From Histomonas meleagridis 2922-C6/04-290x (taxonomy: Eukaryota; Protista; Parabasalia): DNA of 64,000 nucleotides. A program made the position numbers and the translations under genes. The notes under the pieces are model-generated. The model saw nothing but the letters and a program-made list of their open reading frames with translations. It had not been told where the DNA came from and made no database searches. This document shows, piece by piece, positions 53,801 through 61,436 of the stretch. The stretch's first letter is position 1. Each line of letters starts with the position of its first letter. The DNA is taken from contig JAANOX010000019.1 in assembly GCA_020184695.1 (NCBI GenBank), forward strand, positions 185,472 through 249,471. Reading direction: 5' to 3'.

Positions 53801-55554
53801 AACCTATTGGTGCATTAAATCAAGAAAAACTTGAAGAAATTCTTGATAAAGAACAACAATTAAAAGATATCGGAGTAGAACCTTATATGTATAGTTCTGG
53901 TTATTCATGTCAATTAAGTGTAGCTTTATGGTTAGTTCGAACGGAACCATTTACTTCATTACATATTGATATTCAAGGAGGTAAATTTGATTATCCTTCA
54001 CGAATATTTAATAGTATTAAAGATTCATATAAACTTTGTACTACATTACAAAATGATTGTCGAGAATTAACACCCGAATTCTTTATGTCTCCCGAATTTT
54101 TAATTAATTCGGAGAATTATAATTTCGGTGAAACAGAAGATCATAAAATCATTAATAATGTAATATTACCAAATTGGTCGAATAATAGTCCATTTGAATT
54201 CATATATTTAAATCGAAAAGCTCTTGAAAGTGATTATGTCTCCAAAAACATTAATCATTGGATCGATTTGATTTGGGGTTATACACAACGTGGTGAAAAT
54301 GCTAGAAAACATAATAATGTATTCATGAGTACTATGTATCCAAACGTATGGGATAATCCCGAAAACTTACAATCACAAGAAAAACAAATGGAAATCGAAG
54401 CAATTCTTTGTCATGTTGGGCAAATACCACAACAAATCTTTGATAAGCCTCATGTTGAACGATTACCGAAACAACATTTTAATCATCAAATTGAAGAAAT
54501 TAATTTCGATTTAAACATTAAAGAATTAAATTATATAACGATAACATATTCTAATGATAACTTTAAATTTTGGATATTAACAAATGAAAACAAATTAATA
54601 TTACAATCATATACATATAATGATTTAATAAAACTTCAACAACAAAATAATAATGAAAATAATAAAAATAAAACTAAACTTAAAATTCCTGTACCAATTC
54701 CACTAAAAGAAACAAATTCTTCAGCAATCTCTAAATCACAAGATTTAATAAAAATTAAATTTAGAGGAAAACGGACAAAAAGTTTCTCACGGAATTTTGG
54801 AGTACCAATATCACATCCCAAAACACATGAGAAAACAATTTCATTTAATGGATTACAATCATATTATTTAGTCAATAGTAATCAAACAGATTTATATAAA
54901 ATCGATCTAAAAGAAAAACAAAAATTTGGGTTTTATCGTAATAAAATTAATATAATATCTACCGATAAGAATTGGTTAGCTATCATTGATAATGAATCGA
55001 ATGTATTAATCCATTATCGGATGAACAAAATATTCGAAATTCCATTGTTCACAAGTTTAATTAATTGTTGTACAATAAGTTCCGTCTTTCATACTATAAT
55101 ATGTGGTACTAAAGATGGCTCATTAATATTTTGTTCATTAAATAATGGATTAGTAAATCGAGTAATACAAATGAATAACGCAAGGCCAATTAATATATTG
55201 GTGACGCCCGAATGGGGTTTTGTTCTCGTATTTATGTCCGACGTGATTAATGGTTTGGAAACTTCGTACTCAATCGCAATGTATACAATAAATGGAGACT
55301 TGATTAGAAAAAGAAAATTGGATAACCCAATAACAAAATGGAACGCATTCACTTCTTTCGATGGTTTCGATTATGTGGTAATGGTCGACACGTGTAATCT
55401 GTTCGTGTTCGAGGCGTTTTACTTGAATATAGAAAATAGTTTGTGTTATTTGGGCGAGCCTGCGGAGGCAGTGACATATGTTGAAGATAAAGAATGCGTT
55501 GTGTTGGTAAAGAAAAATGGAAAAGTATCATTGATACCTTATCAGTTAAAGTAA
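47833..55554 (+). CDS. BEACH-domain protein (ConA-like, PH, BEACH, WD40)
   Basis: 2573 aa with [75 protein letters not shown]. Confidence 0.92.
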   Translation: [2573 protein letters not shown]

Positions 55555-55689
55555 AAAGTTCGAATAAAATATTTTAGAAATGGATTTTGTGTGAGTGTTT
55601 TTTATTTGTATCAAACAAACAATTTTATGTTTTACGTTTTTAATTATAATCATATTCCAAATGATATTTTATTACTTTCATCTGAATTA

Positions 55690-55830
55690 GGTAATAATGA
55701 ACTTGATAAATATGTTTTGAAAAATGATGGAACCAATGTTAATGAAAAAAAATATATTTTATTTCTTTTATTCAATAATCTGGAAATTATAATTAAATTG
55801 TTTCAAACAGTATTTGTGATAGTATCTCCA
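55690..55830 (+). pseudogene. degenerate ankyrin cassette/spacer remnant
   Basis: NNELDKYVLKNDGTNVNEKK, then an AT-rich stretch retaining GGAAATTAT and TTGTTTCAAACAG, then TVFVIVS. Confidence 0.4.
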
Positions 55831-56113
55831 CATAGTAATTTTTCCTTACATTTTTATCTTTAAATATATAGCTCATTTGTAAACATGTCATAAATTCCTA
55901 TGTTCTCTTTTGTGATATTTCTGTAAATTTCATTAATCCATAATTCTCTTCCATTATTAAACACGGCTCCAGCATTTACAAAATACACAGAATCAAAATA
56001 GCTGATTAACTTATGCAATGATTTAGTTTGGAGAAAAATTAAAACTGCATTGAATTTAATTTATATGATCAATGTTCTAAAACATTGTTTCTGTCTTTTC
56101 AACATAACGAAAT

Positions 56114-57037
56114 CTATTTCGGAAAACATTTTTCGTATAGTGTCTTTGGTATGTCATTAAAGTACGGGTGATTTAATGCTTCCAATGCTGTTATCCTCTT
56201 AGATGGGTTATATTCGAGCATTTTCTTGATCAAATCGACGAAATATTCGTCATCTGAATTAAATACAACTTTCAAATCTTGTTGCTCATGTTCCTTAAAA
56301 GAGCTCCTAAGCTCTTCTGGGAAGCTTGGGATTTCATCTTTTGACGGCGTTCCGAGAATTTCAAAAATTTTATGAAGCATATCAATATCAGTATCTCCTG
56401 GGAACAATGGATATCTTCGAGACATTTCAGCCAGACAACAGCCAAGGCTCCATATATCAACAGAAACGTCGTAGTTTTTGGCCCCATAAAGAAGTTCGAC
56501 TGGTCGATACCATTCAGATACAACATTTGGAGAATATTTTCGTAATGGAATCGAAAAGTATCGTGAAAGCCCAAAATCACAGATCTTAATGTTACCGGCC
56601 ATATCAATAAGTAGGTTAGCGGGTTTTAAGTCTCGATGAACAATTCGATGTGAGTGTAAATAATATAAACCACATAGTAACTGATACCCATAAGAACGAA
56701 TAAGGCGTTGGTCAAGTGGGCGTTTTCGTCTTTTGTATAAAAAAGTGTATAAATCATATTCAAGAAATTCAGTAACAATTGTTAAAGAATTATTTTCAAG
56801 AATAATGTCTTTCATTTTAAGAAGATTAGGATGATCAATTGAGCTTAAAATAGAGATCTCTCGTAATGTTGTTTGAGAAATGCCATTTGATTCTTGATCA
56901 AATTTCATAACTTTTAAAGCAACAATGGTGTCATCTCTTGTATCTTTTGCTTTATAAACGACGCCATATGTTCCTTCACCCAACTTTTCTCTGTCTGTAA
57001 ATCGTTTTGAGAATTCAGATGGTTCTAAGGTTTCCAT
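56114..57037 (-). CDS. CMGC cyclin-dependent kinase
   Basis: LGEGTYGVVYKA, VALK, PSTAIRE-position helix ISQTTLREISIL, HRDLKPANLL, DFGLSR, WYRPVELL. First ATG is at 57037. Confidence 0.92.
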   Translation of the reverse strand: METLEPSEFSKRFTDREKLGEGTYGVVYKAKDTRDDTIVALKVMKFDQESNGISQTTLREISILSSIDHPNLLKMKDIILENNSLTIVTEFLEYDLYTFLYKRRKRPLDQRLIRSYGYQLLCGLYYLHSHRIVHRDLKPANLLIDMAGNIKICDFGLSRYFSIPLRKYSPNVVSEWYRPVELLYGAKNYDVSVDIWSLGCCLAEMSRRYPLFPGDTDIDMLHKIFEILGTPSKDEIPSFPEELRSSFKEHEQQDLKVVFNSDDEYFVDLIKKMLEYNPSKRITALEALNHPYFNDIPKTLYEKCFPK

Positions 57038-57288
57038 ATGGGTGAACGTTAACACGGATTGTTATCTTCAAAATCAAAATCTTTATCTTTTCGGTATATC
57101 TAATGATTTTTGTACTTGAAAAACATATAGACAATATATAAATATCATGTTACTAAAGCTTGTTAATACATTTTAAAAAAGTCTAAAAATTTAATATTTC
57201 GATATGAAGATTAAATATAAAAAGAAGTATACAATGCTTCATATTATTCCAAATTGTATAAAAGAGCAATTTTATTGAATAAAACACC

Positions 57289-57801
57289 TTAGTTTGTTCT
57301 GGCGCGATTTGCTTGTGCAGTCATTTCTTCTTGTTGTCTCCTCAAATTTTCTTGCATTTCTTGTACCTTTGCCATAACCTCTGGTTTGCTCATATATCTC
57401 TTAAGGAATTGAAATCCGATTAATATGAGTGGAGCTAGGAGCATCCATTTGTTTTTAAGCATCATGGATAGAGGGTCATCATCCTCTAATGGCATGTGAC
57501 GAACAGTAATTGGATATTTTGAAATTGCTGTTGAATTTGTGATGGCCTTGAATGAGCCATCTTGTGCACCGTTGAACTCCACTGGATAGAATTTGCACCA
57601 TGGATGGCTGATATCAATAGTGTGCTTTCCAGGATGGAGACGTACGTAAGTTTTGCCTTTTCTTGTTGGTTTAATTATTTGCTCGCCTTTATCAACAATC
57701 ATATAGGCTTCTGGGGAAAGTGGACAAGAAGCTGTGAACTTTATATCAAATATGGCTTCAATTTTCTTGGAAGCAATGAATGTGGCGAACAGACAAAGCA
57801 T
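57289..57801 (-). CDS. EMC7: ER membrane complex subunit 7-like protein
   Basis: Signal peptide, PGKHTIDISHPWCKFYPV, MLKNKWMLL followed by a TM segment, then MSKPEVMAKVQEM; resembles EMC7 architecture. Confidence 0.5.
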   Translation of the reverse strand: MLCLFATFIASKKIEAIFDIKFTASCPLSPEAYMIVDKGEQIIKPTRKGKTYVRLHPGKHTIDISHPWCKFYPVEFNGAQDGSFKAITNSTAISKYPITVRHMPLEDDDPLSMMLKNKWMLLAPLILIGFQFLKRYMSKPEVMAKVQEMQENLRRQQEEMTAQANRARTN

Positions 57802-59245
57802 TCGTGGATATATTGTCAGTTTTCGGTTGGCTTCTTATGGTGAAATAATTTCACTTTGTTTGTTTGAAATGGATTGAATACTGTATGACGATCGAATCTG
57901 ATTCAAAAACCATGTAAATATATGAAATTTGGTTTCCTGCTTCTCGTAAAAAAACAATTGGTTTTTCCTCTTTAAATAATCTGTTTTTTATAATCCTTAC
58001 GAGCTGCGGCCATCCACAAAATGAAATAAAAGGAAAATGATTTTTCAGAATAAAAATTATTGATATTTGGTTGCATTTTGTTCCATAAGGCATTCATTCT
58101 TACATAATAAAAATAGTAATTTCTGGAAAAAATTCAGAAAAGAGACAAAGATAAAATGATAATATGTTATTGAATGAAATTATTTGGTAAGTACGCATTG
58201 AAGTAGTATGGTATGCATTTATTAGCATTGAAAAACACTATGAAATTATATATGATTATAAGATACTGCATTAATAAAGTTACAAGGTTAAATTATTAGC
58301 ACCTTCACAGTAAATCATTAAAAACATTAAAATGAAAATGTTTTTTTAGAAGCAAAGATCCGTGAATATACATTTCAAATTTAGTATGAATTTAATACTT
58401 ATAAAATCCTATATAATATTAAAACATATAAAATATATTATTTATACTCCGAAATAATATGAAAAAGATAAAATTTAAGAAATAATTTTATAATTTTAAG
58501 ATTTATTTTCAATAAAATCTTTATTCTAAACAACATCGAATTCTTCCCACCTACATATTGCTATTTTATTAAATTTAAAGATAATGTAAATTCGAATTTA
58601 AAGATTTTGTTCTAACACTCGTATTTACCCTTTTCATTTAAATCTTTACCATTCAGATTTAATTTATATGAAATTGATGAAATTTCTAAATGTTTTTGAT
58701 TGCAAGGGGAGTTGTAGCATTGAATCAACTTCATTTAAATTATTTCAATTGATCCGCCCAAAAATCCAATTCAATTTTTCTATGTGTTGAATTTGCTATC
58801 GCTACATACAGGAAAAATCTTTTTTTACTCTTTCAGCAATCAAATTTCCAATCATTTTAATCTCATTATCAGATTATAAATAATGCTTAGGGGATATGGT
58901 TCTGATTTTTTATGATTATATTTGGTAGAAATGATTTTTGTTATAAAATCACTTTTCATACACTTCGAAAACGGTTTCTATCGATTCCACTAAAACCGAC
59001 GAGTTCTCAAAATTTTGTTGGAAGAAATGAGGTTATTGCGATTCGACGATCATTGCCAATACAAATTTTATGGTTATTGTTATAAAATTTCGATATTGAA
59101 GTTATTCAATTAATTGGCCCCAAAACTTATTTTCAATTAGTTTGTATGAACCGTACATACAATATATTGAAAAACTCGAATAAAAAGCAAACAAATTCTT
59201 GACTCAATTGGACGCCATATTTTCAGAGGCCGTTGATCATTTACC

Positions 59246-60751
59246 ATGAAAGCCTTAAATGAGTCACGTTTCAAGGAAATAGTTAGACTCAGAATACCTC
59301 AAATAAACAATCACCCAATGTCAACTGCAGCCAGGAATGTCGCATTGGTTTCCAAGACCTGGTTTGATGATTTCAAAAAATATTTATTAAGCACATCAAT
59401 CACAAATCCAGGATTTTGCGACAATACTGAGCTTGCTAAACGCATTGACAGCCATACTGAACTTAAATATGGAATTGATTATGAAATACTTGAGCTCAAT
59501 GTTTTTCAATTAATTGAACAAAAATTCCTTGTTGACCCAAAAATATTTAGACCTTATATGGTTAACATGCTTACCAATACTGGATCTGTTATATTATATC
59601 CTATAAAATTTCAATTTGTTTCCAAAACAAACAACATGAACTTTTCAAAAACATTTGATTCAAACTGGACCATTGTAGAAATGAAGAAAATGCTTGAAAA
59701 GAGCTTAAAAGTTGGCATGGATAATATCGTAGTCAAATCTTCAGAAGAAGGAACTGTTTTACAAGACCAAATGGATGTTAGTTCCATTGCATCTGAGTAT
59801 GGGAACAATCTTTACTTGGACATAACTGTTAAAAAGCACAGAGATACATATGATTCCAAATCAAATTCAACATTACCAAATCCAATTTCATATGATATAA
59901 CTTCAAACAGTGTAAACTTTAGTTCGCAAATATATCAATCGCATATTTCCATATTAAATTCATTGCTTCATTCGATATCTCTTTTACCTCCAATCATAGA
60001 ATATTATAGAAACAAAGACACAAATGAACTTAATACATTTGGTAAATATGTACAAGAAGTTGATAAATTTTCACAAGCTCATATCCCACCAGAATTATTC
60101 TCTGAATTAATTGATTCCAAAATTACAAATTCTGGATCTTCAATTTCGAATATATTTTCTAATTTAATCAAAAATTTAGGCTTACAACAATTCTTCCAAT
60201 TCTCATTACACGAAAACATTAAGTGTAAAACATGTAAAGTTAAAATCGAACATAATTCCGATTATTTATGTATATCACTGCCGATAGTGAGTAAACTATT
60301 CAAAAAGGCAACACTCGAAAATTGCATTCATTCATGGATGAAATCTTATACAACAGAACAACATTGTGATTTCTGTAAGGCAGAAACAACGACTAAAGGG
60401 AAAATGAAGATATTGTCATTACCTAAAGTTGCAGCATTTGCATTTCGAAGACATATCAAAAGTTCGAATACAATGAAAAGAATTACTGATCCAATATCAT
60501 TTCCAATGGATTTAGAATTAGCAAAACCTGATGGAAATGGTAATGAAAAATATAAATTAATTGCTGTTGTATCACAATCAGGTCAACAATTAAATAGAAA
60601 GTATAAAACATTTTGTTACGACTGCAAAGCTAAAAATTGGTTATTCTTTAGCGAAACAAGAAGTAGCATCTGCCAAAGTCCGAAAGCAATATTCGAAAAG
60701 GAGTTAACATGGATGTTATTATATGCTAAACTTGAAGATGAAATTGATTGA
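59246..60751 (+). CDS. USP-family ubiquitin hydrolase homologue (DUSP + UCH fold), probably catalytically dead
   Basis: DUSP-like N-terminus (LVSKTWFDDFKKY, DYEIL), CxxC fingers, LPKVAAFAFRR, ISFPMDL. Cys and His boxes are degenerate. Confidence 0.75.
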   Translation: MKALNESRFKEIVRLRIPQINNHPMSTAARNVALVSKTWFDDFKKYLLSTSITNPGFCDNTELAKRIDSHTELKYGIDYEILELNVFQLIEQKFLVDPKIFRPYMVNMLTNTGSVILYPIKFQFVSKTNNMNFSKTFDSNWTIVEMKKMLEKSLKVGMDNIVVKSSEEGTVLQDQMDVSSIASEYGNNLYLDITVKKHRDTYDSKSNSTLPNPISYDITSNSVNFSSQIYQSHISILNSLLHSISLLPPIIEYYRNKDTNELNTFGKYVQEVDKFSQAHIPPELFSELIDSKITNSGSSISNIFSNLIKNLGLQQFFQFSLHENIKCKTCKVKIEHNSDYLCISLPIVSKLFKKATLENCIHSWMKSYTTEQHCDFCKAETTTKGKMKILSLPKVAAFAFRRHIKSSNTMKRITDPISFPMDLELAKPDGNGNEKYKLIAVVSQSGQQLNRKYKTFCYDCKAKNWLFFSETRSSICQSPKAIFEKELTWMLLYAKLEDEID

Positions 60752-61436
60752 AACTTTAATAAATATTTGTTTGTATCAAAAAATTTTTTTTAATAATTGA
60801 TAAAATATGAATTTTATGCACACGAATTCTAAACATTATCGAACACTTTCACTGTAAGGAAATTTCATTGTGTACAAACGAAATCGCAACAGAGAATAGT
60901 GATTGGAATTGATCATAGCAATTCATTTAAATGGAGAAGATATAGTATGAAATGGTAAAAATGGTAGATGCTAAATCCCTTCAATGGTTTCTTGTGCAAG
61001 TGATAGAGTCCTTGTTATTAAACCAGCTCAATACAAATATTGAACAAGAGATTCAACTAAGTTTGCAGATTTAAACCCCATTAAGCTTATCTCCACCAAT
61101 AGCAGCATACATTGCATATTCCCACAACAATCAATTACCATGATTGAAAGATGCGCTTGCCTATGATCATGGTGATGGTACATTAGTTTTATCAGTAATT
61201 GATATTAAAAGCAATTGTTGTTATTAACAGAACTTTCTATTAGTTTCGATATTGATGAAAATGGCATCCGCATGAACTGGGAAATCTGGTGTAACTGCTC
61301 AGCGGTGGAGAACATAACCAGTAACTTCATTTGTATATTTTATCACAAAAGTGCCAATACTTTGCGAATGTGACATAAAATCAAATAACTGGGTGAATTA
61401 TTTAGTGAACCTAAATTAAAAATTCAATTTCTTAGT

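Noticed and set aside
58480-59050. Possible decayed gene on the minus strand
   Set aside because: Frames are too broken to assign a family from sequence alone.
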